From: Macrostomum lignano
Taxonomy: Eukaryota
Length of the DNA stretch: 64,000 bases
Direction: 5' to 3'
Assembly: GCA_002269645.1 (NCBI GenBank)
Contig: NIVC01001596.1
Span: 1-64,000 of the forward strand
The notes beneath the pieces were generated by a model that searched no databases, was not told the origin of the DNA, and saw only the letters and a list, made by a program, of their open reading frames with translations. A program made the translations under genes and the position numbers. Positions 1-10,700 of this stretch are shown here, in pieces (within the stretch, counting starts at the first letter, position 1; every line of letters starts with the position of its first letter).

Positions 1-460
1 AGAGCAACCTATGGCGAGAAAAGTTGTTGAGAAAAAATGCTTACTTAGCGGCTACATAAAAAATTAGACAACGTGCGATATAAGTTTCATTCAGATAATC
101 ATTCATTTATCTGAACCCAAAAAGCGTTCACAAAATTACTGAATTCAAAGTTCCACTGCACCACTGCAGTGATTTCCACTGCACCATTTCTCCTCAAAAG
201 ATGTTTTGCTCTAGATTCAATCAACGAAGTAAGCTACAAGCGTATATAATTCAAATGAGGACTTTACCTATAGTTACCTTAAACCAGTATGTAAAGGAGT
301 GACAACGCCTCGCGTTATGACACTGGTATAAACTACGAGCTAATGACTCTTTCCCAGTAAACTATCGATCAATTCATTAAAAAGGAACTATACCGATTAA
401 AATAATGCTTACCATCCCGACCAAGCATAGGCCTATAAAACGCTCGTCTAATTTTGCCAC

Positions 461-828
461 CTTTCGAAACGACGCGCTTCGTAGTGGTCCTCTTGTGCGT
501 CTTGCTTCGTACGCGGGTAGAGCTAGAGCTTCCAGAGACTCCAACAAATTTGTAGCTGAGTTTCCAGCGGCCATATTTCTTTGTTCGGACGCCGTGTCGC
601 GTGCTTCCTCTGTACGAGTTGCGACCCGCCAGCAGCCGGACACGCACGTAGCCAGTTTGTCCTACCGCAGGAGACCCGCGTGTACAGCAGCCGTGCCGAT
701 TCTCGAGTCGGACGTGTAGATATCGGTGCCCCAAATGCGTCCGGACGTGCCTCCTGTGACTCGGAGCTCGTAACACTTGCCGATGCTTTTCTTGCTCTTT
801 GGAAGCGATTTGACGCGCCTGCATCCTC
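461..828 (-). CDS. LCCL-domain exon, copy A (apparent 1-nt deletion near 665)
   Basis: Acceptor tttgcag| at 829. Translation GCRRVKSLPKSKKSIGKCYELRVTGGTSGRIWGTDIYTSDSRIGTAAVHAGLLR, then a frameshift, then VGQTGYVRVRLLAGRNSYRGSTRHGVRTKKYGRWKLSYKF. This fits the LCCL consensus (G.YT.DS.I..AAVHAG...G...V....G..SY.GS.RNG...Y..W..SF). Donor is gtggca at 460 or the in-phase gtaagc at 412. Confidence 0.75.
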
Positions 829-993
829 CTGCAAAGCGTCACAAATTATTGTTTAGATCTGTACACAACGAGTGGCTTCGGTTCCTAGTATAAAACATAC
901 GCCGTGCACTGTCATTAAACGATGCTCTATGTTAAAGGCGTGATACGGCCTACACTTATCTAACCGGGGGTGAGAAACGCCCCTCCGCGATAC

Positions 994-1360
994 CTTTAGA
1001 AACGATGCGCTTCGTAGTGGTCCTCTTGTGCGTCTTGCTTCGTACGCGGGTAGAGCTAGAGCTTCCAGAGACTCCAACAAATTTGTAGCTGAGTTTCCAG
1101 CGGCCATATTTCTTTGTTCGGACGCCGTGTCGCGTGCTTCCTCTGTACGAGTTGCGACCCGCCAGCAGCCGGACACGCACGTAGCCAGTTTGTCCTACCC
1201 GCAGGAGACCCGCGTGTACAGCAGCCGTGCCGATTCTCGAGTCGGACGTGTAGATATCGTGCCCCAAATGCGTCGGACGTGCCTCCTGTGACTCGGAGCT
1301 CGTAACACTTGCCGATGCTTTTCTTGCTCTTTGGAAGCGATTTGACGCGCCTGCATCCTC
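994..1360 (-). CDS. LCCL-domain exon, copy B (two apparent 1-nt deletions near 1259 and 1272)
   Basis: Near-identical to copy A. Acceptor tttgcag| at 1361 and donor AAAG|gtatcg at 993. DIYTSDSRIGTAAVHAGLLRVGQTGYVRVRLLAGRNSY is contiguous in the supplied ORF 956..1366. Confidence 0.75.
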
Positions 1361-2636
1361 CTGCAAAGCGTCACAAATTATTGTTTAGATCTGTACACAA
1401 CGAGTGGCTTCGGTTCCTAGTATAAAACATACGCCGTGCACTGGTCAGTTGCCCAAAGGAATCGAAAATCTGTGTCATGCTTACTTGTACGAAACATGGA
1501 CAGCGTCTGTGCCCTTTACCATTTCTGTTGGCTGTATCTGGCAGTGCAGCTCTTGTTCCACATGTGTGTCAAAATAACACATGTGTGATTGTGAAGCCTT
1601 CTCCCAGCCTTTAAAGTTGGGAGTAGGCTAGAAATCTGGTGATGATTACTAACGAGAGTTCTAAGGCTTTGCAGGGCAGAGACTGGTAGAGGTTGAGGAA
1701 AGGCGGGTGCTCAAGCAGTTAGCAGTTAAAAAATGTGTGCATAGCTGAATTTTTCTGCATCTGAATGCATATTAATTTGGATTTGTGATGTAACCACGCT
1801 CTGGTCGCGGGATAGGGCATGGGAACTTTTTCGAAAGTGCCTCCTATCCCGTGCACCCTCTGCACAGAGCTGTCGAGACTCGGCCAGGTCTCCGACCGGG
1901 CCTGGAGACTCCCGCTCTGCTGCACCCCTCCTGCTGCCTTGGTCCCGTCTCTCCTGCCGCCACACCTGCCTTTCCGGAGCCCCCTACCCCTTTCTGTACC
2001 TCCCCTCTACCCTATCTCTTCTGTTTCCGCCCTATTCTTCCTGTACTTTCTCTATCTCCTCTCTTTTTTTGTCTCCCTCTGCACTCTTTTCCTGCGCTGT
2101 CCCCTCTTTCCCTGTGTCTACTTACAGTATTTTGTGTGCTCACCGTCTCCCCATACCTCCAAACTCCCAAACGGTGACGCAAGTCGTGTGACCCCTTCTT
2201 CCCCCGATGACTCATCGATGACTCACCCCCTCTCTTGCGCAACCTTTTCTCACGCCATGGTTCTCCTCCCCAAATTTCTCATGCGACACCCACCCCACCT
2301 CCGCTTCTATTGTTCTCGTTTTTGCTTTTGTTCTCTCGACCCCCACCAATTATCACATTTTCTCCGATTTTCTCTTTCTTTTGTTCTCGTTTTCGCACCT
2401 AATTATCACCTTTTCTCCAATGTTTACATTTCCATTGTTCTCGGTTTTCCCCAATTATCCCCGATTTCCAATTCCTTTGTTCTCGACCCCAGCCCTATTG
2501 TTCTCAATGTTTGCTTGCGCAACACTTTCGCGACCACCCGCTGCGCCAATTATCCCCCACCCCACCTCCGGATTGCGCAATTTCCCTATTTCTCATGTTG
2601 CTATGCCGGTCTCATGCTTCTCATCATGACTCATTC

Positions 2637-3045
2637 TGACGTCATTCTGCCGGCAGCCAATCAGAGAGAGGGAGCCATGGTAACGACCTTGAGGAGGCGG
2701 CTGTGAGGTCTATAAAAGGAAGCGATTTCGGCATGAGAATCCTCAACCTTTTTTTCTCTCCTCGTCCTTCTTTGGACTTGCAGTCAGATTGAGTTCTGAC
2801 CCATTCGTCTATAAGACGAATCCCTGCCGGTCCGCGGTCTGTTACCGCCAAGTTATCCTTAGCTCCCCAAGTGAGCTCGCCTATCGGCCAGCGGTCTGAT
2901 ACCGCCCAGCATCATCAGCATCGCCTGATCTACATCAGCGCCTCGTCGCTCCAGCGCACCGCCGCTTCACTGTCTGCCTGACTGCAGCCTACAGCCGCCC
3001 TCGGTCACTCCGCCTCTCTCTCTCTCTGTGCAGCTGCCGGTAAGT
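2637..3045 (+). promoter_or_regulatory. Pol II promoter-like cassette, possibly an LTR U3/R region
   Basis: TGACGTCA at 2637, CCAAT at 2657 and TATAAAA at 2711 in canonical order, with a GTAAGT donor at 3040. No downstream coding exon identified. Confidence 0.35.
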
Positions 3046-3344
3046 TCCTGTTACTAATTTGTGCTCTAATTGCCTTTGCTTATCCGGGGTTTGCCTATTT
3101 TCCATTGTCTGATTAGAGAGCTGAGCCAATTGTGATACCGTATCTTTTGCTGTATTTTACTCAATAGTGAAGCCGCCTAATTGCCTGATTATTCGCCTAA
3201 GGGCCTAATTATTAACTATTAACTAACTTCATCATTATTCAATCTTTCACCATCATTTCACTCATGGCTTGCTAAGCCTTTCTCCCGGGTGGCAAAGCAT
3301 AAGGAAGTTTGGGTAAGCTAATGGCCTCTCCCCGTGCAAAGCCC

Positions 3345-4479
3345 GCCTGTGAGTGCGTGCTGCGGGCCGCGTGTGCGTGCAGTAGAGGGATTAGCAGAAG
3401 TCTCGCTGGTGGCTGGTGCTTGGTTGCGAACTGGCAGGGCTGAGACGAAGTCTTGATGGCGCTGATCTAGTTGCGAGCCGGCAGTGCTGAGTAGGAGTCT
3501 CGGTGGTGCTTAGTTGCGAGCTGGCAGGGCTGAGTAGGAGTCTCGGTGGCGCTGATTTAGTTGCGAGCCGGCAGTGCTGAGTAGGAATCTCGGTGGGACC
3601 TCCAAAATTATGTCACGATGTTGGCGTAGCGGCTAGCTATGCTATGACCCTTAAAAGGGCCGTTTTAGTCCCAAAGTAAGTTGAAGTCAACTCTTGTAAA
3701 GCGGATTTGGTAGCGGAGCACTTGGCGATAAAGGCAGGAACTGCCGTAGTTGGTTTTATTGGTAGTATCAATATTAGGCTTGGTTAAAATTTATGTCAAT
3801 AAACAAACTATAGCTTTCTGGGCACTGGCGGCTGCAACAATGGTTGAAGACAAGTTGGATATGAAGTCAAGTGACAGACGAATGGTGCAATGGCGATGTA
3901 ACGTGATGAGCAATGGCAATGAGCACAGTGAAGGCGGTGAGACGCAGTAGGCAGGCAGATGAGCAGTGGCGAGGTTGGCGTCAGCCGTGGCGTGAGATAA
4001 AGGAGGCTCGAGGCAGCCAGACAGAGAGAAGGAAAACAAGGCTAGACGAGGCTAGGCAAGCCAGACGGGACGGAGGACAAGCCTAGGGGAGAGAACACAG
4101 AACACAAGTGAAGCCCCCAGCCCGCCAGGCGAAGGTTAATAAAGAGCGCAAAAGGGGGTAGCGTAAACACGGAGAGTTTTCATTGGCTGGCGAGAGAACT
4201 TGAAATTATCGATCGTGCCAAAATTATACGGTCGCGAGAGAGGATAGCAAAATATACAGTGAATTAGAAATTGCCACAAAATCGTTGGGCACTACTACAA
4301 GTAAACGTCGCAATAAACAAATGGAAAAGTTTAGTTGAAACGGTGAAACTGAAGGGTTGAAACTATAGAGAAACAGCAGTCCAACGGCCCTTTTGCGGGA
4401 CCACTTAAACTAGCAACGTCACACCCGCCTGTGAGTGCGTGCTGCGGGGCCGCGTGTGCGTGCAGTAGAGGGATTAGCG
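3345..4479. repeat. ~52-bp direct repeat (3345-3396 and 4427-4479) plus four ~43-47-bp tandem units (3420-3600)
   Basis: cgcctgtgagtgcgtgctgcgg(g)ccgcgtgtgcgtgcagtagagggattagc occurs twice. Tandem unit agttgcgagccggcagtgctgagtaggagtctcggtgg. Confidence 0.85.
3742..4299 (+). mobile_element. Possible solo LTR
   Basis: TG...CA ends with an imperfect terminal inverted repeat (TGCCGTAGT / ACTACTACA), a purine tract gataaaggcaggaac just upstream and an internal AATAAA near 4137. No partner LTR or target-site duplication seen. Confidence 0.25.
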
Positions 4480-6264
4480 AGTCTTGGCACAGAATGGCAG
4501 TAGGAAGGTTGCAACCCCATGCTGACGCGTCCCTTCGCCCTGAGTAATCTAAACTGTAGGCAGTACATGTTCGCCTCATACTACTCTTAGTAATCAAAGT
4601 CGCAAGTCAGCCTCGCTCACAGCCACAAAGGATCCCCTGCTGAGAAATCCTCCAGGATTGAGCCCAGAGTTCCCGATCATGCCCCAAGCAGAGTCCCTGT
4701 ACTCGGCTGCATGCGTCTCCCCTGTTAGCCTAAATCCCCTGGTAGCCAATCCAGGCGGGGCTCTAGCCTCGAGAGGTCTGGTAGAAAGATCCAGGTGCGC
4801 CAGGTCACATAGAGTGGTGGCAGCCACTCGGTCATACCATGACCGAGTGACCAACTATTGCACCTTGGCTACAGGTGGGGTCCATGTGGGTCCTTGGCCC
4901 TCTGGTCACGAAGCGCTACCAAAAGCTACTAATCATGTGGGCGGGACAGTCTGGTGCTGGAGGTCCGTCAGGTCGTTGCCCGGTCATAGGCAGCCTACGG
5001 TCATTGCCCCCTCTAGTCATGCGTTCGTCTCTCTACGGAGCGGGCAGGCGACAAGGGCGGTTACATCATTTGGATTATAAATGGTAAGTCTGTGCAGCAG
5101 ATATTCTACACTTACCTGACCCGGCGCTGTCGGTAACCGACTGGAAAAGGAAGAGACATGCGGCCAGCAGTACAGCTCTACTGACCAGTTGCATCTTGTT
5201 TCAACAGCCTATTTATGCTTATTTACCTCTGTTTTCTTGCCGGCCTACTGTAATAGAAGATTGTCTACTGTAGTAAATTTAAGTTTGGGTAGCCTTCCTG
5301 CGCTCCGCGCTTTAGTCACATATATTCTACTTGCAGAGAATTGTTTCTCATTATTGATTGAAGCTCCCCATAACCTCCGAAACCCTCCAGAAGGCTCTGG
5401 TTAGCCACCGAGCATAATTGTTTTCTATAAAGTTGAGCTCACCACACCAGTTATAGTAAAAGAGCCTCTTTCAAGAAACGTTCAGGATTCACCCCAACGC
5501 AATTTTTACGATCTGCTTATCTGCAGGTCCTGGGGATATTATTCATACAGTAATATGCATGAATATTTTAACTATCGGTTAGACCAATACAGCGCCACTC
5601 TACCAAGCTGTAGCAGCCGAAGAGAGTTTATTGAGTTCGCTGCCGTTCAAAAAAATAGATGTCACTCTCGCCATGAAAGACCACCTGCTCCGGCGTTTTA
5701 CTCATTCTTTTTTCCATAGTCTTTATATTTATTTAGGGTGACAATGTTGAAAGCAGGAATGAGAAATGAAAATTCTGACTATATTACGAGCCTCGTGTGC
5801 ATGCGATATTAATATATACATATTGCATACATGCATATGCTACAGCACTTGATACGGCTTCGGTTTTAAAGATTTGTCATTCTGATTTCTGTTATTGTAT
5901 TCAAGAGTCAAACAGCTTGTTGCCACGAGCAGGCACAAGCTTAAAATGCACGCAATTTGCCAGAGCCTCCAACAGTTAGTTGCCTATGGTTCAAAACCGA
6001 CCAATCACAAGAAAGAATGGCCATAGACATTTCAACTGTCATCTGTTATAAAAACGAGCCCGGAAATTTGCCTTAATAGCAGAACTTTCCTGCAAAGACT
6101 TCTTCGACTACTCTTTGCAGTAATTATTATTGCGAAAGTATAATAATATAAACATAATAGTCCCATATTATGTAACAAACACAATAAGTTTCAATTAGAA
6201 ATGTTAAAATTATGCTTTCGCACTGTAACGTGCAAGCGTGTTCCTAAACAGGAATTTATAACAA

Positions 6265-6480
6265 TTGATTACACCTGCCCTAGTTAGGCTGTACAGTACG
6301 AGGACTGGGGCGTCGCCACACACACCCTCAACTACCCCAGCTAATGCTGGCACCCATTTTACAGCTGGGTGAACTGAAGCAATGTAGAGTTAAGTGTCTT
6401 GCTCAAGGACACAAGTTGTTCCGAGTGGGATCGGGAATCGAACCCCCGACCTTTCAGTCGTGAGTCCGACGCTCTAACGC
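6265..6480 (-). mobile_element. tRNA-derived CORE-SINE, copy 1 (A box eroded)
   Basis: Minus strand has B box GGTTCGATTCC followed by CORE-like gtgtccttgagcaagacacttaac...ccagctgtaaaatgggt. Homologous to 13775-14060. Confidence 0.85.
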
Positions 6481-7776
6481 TCAAAGGGATCGTTATAAGC
6501 TTACATGTACATTACTAAAATTCTATGTGGTTTTTCGCTAAAGTTCTGACCCCTGGCGAACAATGCGTGATTGAGTTTTTATTTAATAGTGAATTTAAAC
6601 TATTCAGTAAATGAAATATGCGCATTTTCTACGCACACTTACTAATAGTAGTTCGCGGAATATGCTGTCTGTTTTTGCAAAAATCAAGGTGAATATTTTT
6701 AAATACTAATTTTGGGTTTCACTTGTCCGAAAAAAATCAAACGAAATAAAAAACTGACTGAAAATTCTTTGCTTCAAAGATGGTTAGGATTACAACAAAA
6801 TAATAATCACTGATTAGGGTCTATTTATTTGGTTTAGAAAAGTACAACGGCAAACAACGAATACAAAATAAAATTGAAAGCAGATAAAAATTTTAAATAT
6901 TGAAACATTCAGTTTTTCTGTTAAAATTGGCCAATTCAGAAAATTGTTTTAACTCGAAACTTTTAGCGATAGAGTTTGCATGGCACGGAAAATCTCTCAT
7001 TAATATAGAAGAAAATGCAGTGAGATTCGGCATTGAAATGATATGGTGATCGATGACTATGCTCAACCTAATCCTTTTTAATCGCTAAACAGAATTCAGT
7101 TAAATAAGAGCAAGCATTGACAACCAATAGTTGTTAAACAAATGAAAGAACACAATAATACATACTACAAAAAGCTCGTTTGAAAATGATCCAATATTAA
7201 CCTGTACAATTTAGATTGAATTACTTTTTAATTCGAATACTAAAAGATTAGAAAATGAGCTCTAATGAGAATTCTTTGTTCTTCTGACAATAAAATACAT
7301 TATAAATGAAAAAATTACTCAAAATAACACACAGTTTCTTTTTAACTACTGAACAGCAAAAAATAAGTAGTATAAACAGACATTGTCTGTAAATTTCAAT
7401 TTTAAACAAAGAAATAGTTATAACGATAACAAAATGCTTTTCGCTTACCAATTTGATCGAGAAAATACAATAGAATTAAACAGACATCATTTTGTTCCAT
7501 GCTTTAGGTAATATCTCAGAACAGAATACAGTGAATGCTAATAACTAACAAAGATAAGTTGATATAGAAGCACCAATTGAATAAATTTCAATGCCCCGTA
7601 CATTAAAAGTGCAAATAAGTTCGGGTGCCGAACCAGATTTTTTAAAGGAAACTTAAGTCGCCAAAAAGTTAGCCAAAGAGTCGCTAGAGTCACTATTGAG
7701 TTGTTTGCTAAGACTTTTTAGAGATTCTTGTCACGGTAACGGTTTCAACGGTCAAATGGATTAATTTAAATCCTTA

Positions 7777-10700
7777 TCAGTACAGCTCATTGTCCGGTTC
7801 ATTGAGGAACTCCTGCGACAAACGTCGGTGGCCCAAGTCGGAGCCAGCGCTGCTATCATCCCCATCATTACCGTCTGAATTGCCGTCCTGCAATAGAAAA
7901 TTCTCGTCTCGATCCTCCGTATCGCTGCCGACAAGGAAAGTCGCACTTCTGCGGGTGGGAATACGTTTAAATAAGTAAATGCATGAGGAGAGTGCTTCAA
8001 GCTGTCATTAACCTGCAGTTTAGCTACAGGTGACTATTGGGGTAGACTATGGGGTAGGTCTTAACCTGCAGTTTACAGATTTGACTATTGGGGTAGACTT
8101 TAAGGTAGGTCATTAAGGGCAGGGAAAAAACTTACCTAGAAGCGGCCGACACAGATGGAGAGACGGCGGCTGTTGCAGCCACGGTGGCAGACGAAGGCGG
8201 AATCGATCGGAAAGCTTTCCAACGAATCAGACACTCGGCCAGTTTAGCGCCCATCTCTTCTAACTCTCGAACGCCCATGTGGAAGCCCCGATAGAGGCCC
8301 TGGTCACAGCAGCTGTAGCTGGCTTCCAATGTGTAGGCGCACTGGATTCGCATCTGCCGCCACACCACTACGCGGGCTGTTGCTTCTTTGGCCTGGCCAT
8401 TGTATTGGGATTAGGGACTGAGGATTAGTAATATGGGATTTCAAATCTGCGATGAACAGTTGGGATCAGTGATCGAAAATTTCCTATCTGGGTTCGGGAT
8501 TTAGGATCAGGGATTGGGGATCTAGAATTGAGGAGTTTTAGTCGGGCTTAAGAATTGGGATACCGGGGTTCGAAGATAAGGTATCTGGGGATCAGGGGAA
8601 TCAGGGATGCAGGATTTGGGATCTGGGGATCTGGGATGCAGGATTTGGGATCTGGGGATCTGGGATGCAGGATTTGGGATCTGGGGATCTGGGATGCAGG
8701 ATTTGGGATCTGGGGATCAGGGATGCAGGATTTGGGATGTGGGGGTCTTGGATACAGGATTTGGGATGTGGGGATCTGGGATACAGGATTTCGGATTTGG
8801 GGACCAGGGATACAGGATTTGGGATCTGGGGTATAGAAGTTTGGGATCTGAAATCAGGGATTTGGAATCTGAGAATCGGGAACTTAGGATTTAGGATCTA
8901 GATAGGATCTATTATATTATTATTAGGATCTAGATACTGGGATCAGGGACTAGGGGTTGGGATCTGGGATTAAGGATTGAAGTCTGGGAATCAGGCAATC
9001 AGTAAAAAGCTGACAAGAATTCGCACCTTTTCCACGGTGAAGCAGCAGTTAGACCAGGAGAAAGCTGGTGCGGACTGGGCCAGCAGACGGGGCAGAGCTC
9101 GATATCCCGGATCCTCGGCGGGCGGTCCCGAGCCGCCTGCGCCCAGCAACCAGCCGGGATTGTTCCGATCGACGCCCTGCACCCAGCTTTGTGTGGGGCT
9201 GCAGCCGAACATGAAGACGTTGTTGCGGCGAGAGTGACCGTGACAGTCGATGTAGAGCGCCGGCCGGTGGCCAGTGAGACAGAGAAGGCCGAGCAGACCC
9301 TGGGGGAGAGGATGCGGCAGTTTCTGGGATTCTAGCCCTGCGATCCGGATTTCAAATGCAGTCTGTTATCCGGGTCAAATACTATCAGGTGATCATCTGA
9401 CATTCGGGTCAAATACTGTCAGGTGGTCATTTGACATCCGGGTCAATACTGTCAGGTGACCATCTGACATCCGGGTCAATACTGTCAGGTGATCATCTGA
9501 CATCCGGGTCAATACTTTCAGGTGGTCATCTGACATCCGGGTCAAATAGTGTCAGGTGATCATCTGACATCCGGATAAAATTGCCGGATGTCACGTGACA
9601 ACTGGGTTCGCAATAATCATTAGAACAATTGATTTGTAGGTTAAAAACCATATTAAATGAGATGGCTCAAGTGGCTAGTTATTAGATAACTCACCTTGGT
9701 GTGGTAGATCTCAGGTTGCCTAGCAACAGTCGGACGCAACCAGGCCCTATTAAGATCTTCAGCCGACAATGAGCATCGATGATTGCCATTGATAACGCCG
9801 TCCGGATTAAGCATTGGCACCAATTTGAATATGAATTCTCGACGTAGTTGCCTGAAAATTATAACAAAAAGTTACGAGTTCTACTATCAACTACTATCAA
9901 CTATCAACGAGTTCTACTATCGCTATTATTGCTCAGCAGAGAAGAGGAAGGACCGGAAGTGATTAGCAGAGAAATCAAGGAACTCCAGGACCGGAAGTGA
10001 TTAGCAGAGAAATCAAGGAACTCCAGGACCGGAAGTGATTAGCAGAGAAATCAAGGAACTCCAGGACCGGAAGTGATTAGCAGAGAAATCAAGGAACTCC
10101 AGGACCGGAAGTGATTAGCAGAGAAATCAAGGAACTCCAGGACCGGAAGTGATTAGCAGAGAAATCAAGGAACTCCAGGACCGGAAGTGATTAGCAGAGA
10201 AATCAAGGAACTCCAGGACCGGAAGTGATTAGCAGAGAAATCAAGGAACTCCAGGACCGGAAGTGATTAGCAGAGAAATCAAGGAACTCCAGGACCGGAA
10301 GTGATTAGCAGAGAAATCAAGGAACTCCAGGACCGGAAGTGATTAGCAGAGAAATCAAGGAACTCCAGGACCGGAAGTGATTAGCAGAGAAATCAAGGAA
10401 CTCCAGGACCGGAAGTGATTAGCAGAGAAATCAAGGAACTCCAGGACCGGAAGTGATTAGCAGAGAAATCAAGGAACTCCAGGACCGGAAGTGATTAGCA
10501 GAGAAATCAAGGAACTCCAGGACCGGAAGTGATTAGCAGAGAAATCAAGGAACTCCAGGACCGGAAGCGATTCACTCGAGACCCAATAAAAGAACTGATT
10601 AGAACAGTGCACCAACCTAGCGGCTGGACTGACAAGATAATTGCCAAGGCCTCGAACAGTCCAACTGGCATTAGACTCGCCCGGATGCACTCGGCCAGTG

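Larger units (their letters stand above)
461..1442. repeat. Near-identical direct duplication (461-910 and 994-1442)
   Basis: Base-by-base match apart from a few substitutions and three single-base indels. Confidence 0.95.

Noticed and set aside
1819-2706. 295-aa plus-strand ORF
   Set aside because: Pyrimidine-rich, low-complexity L/S/P/F composition with no recognisable domain or splice context.
5106-5125. U1 snRNA 5' end (ACTTACCTG)
   Set aside because: The similarity stops after 9 nt; it is just the reverse complement of a CAG|GTAAGT donor.
10469-10616. C-terminal extension of the CCP1 catalytic-exon ORF
   Set aside because: Read-through into the intron 6 array; homology resumes in the exon at 9851 after the AG|gttggt donor.
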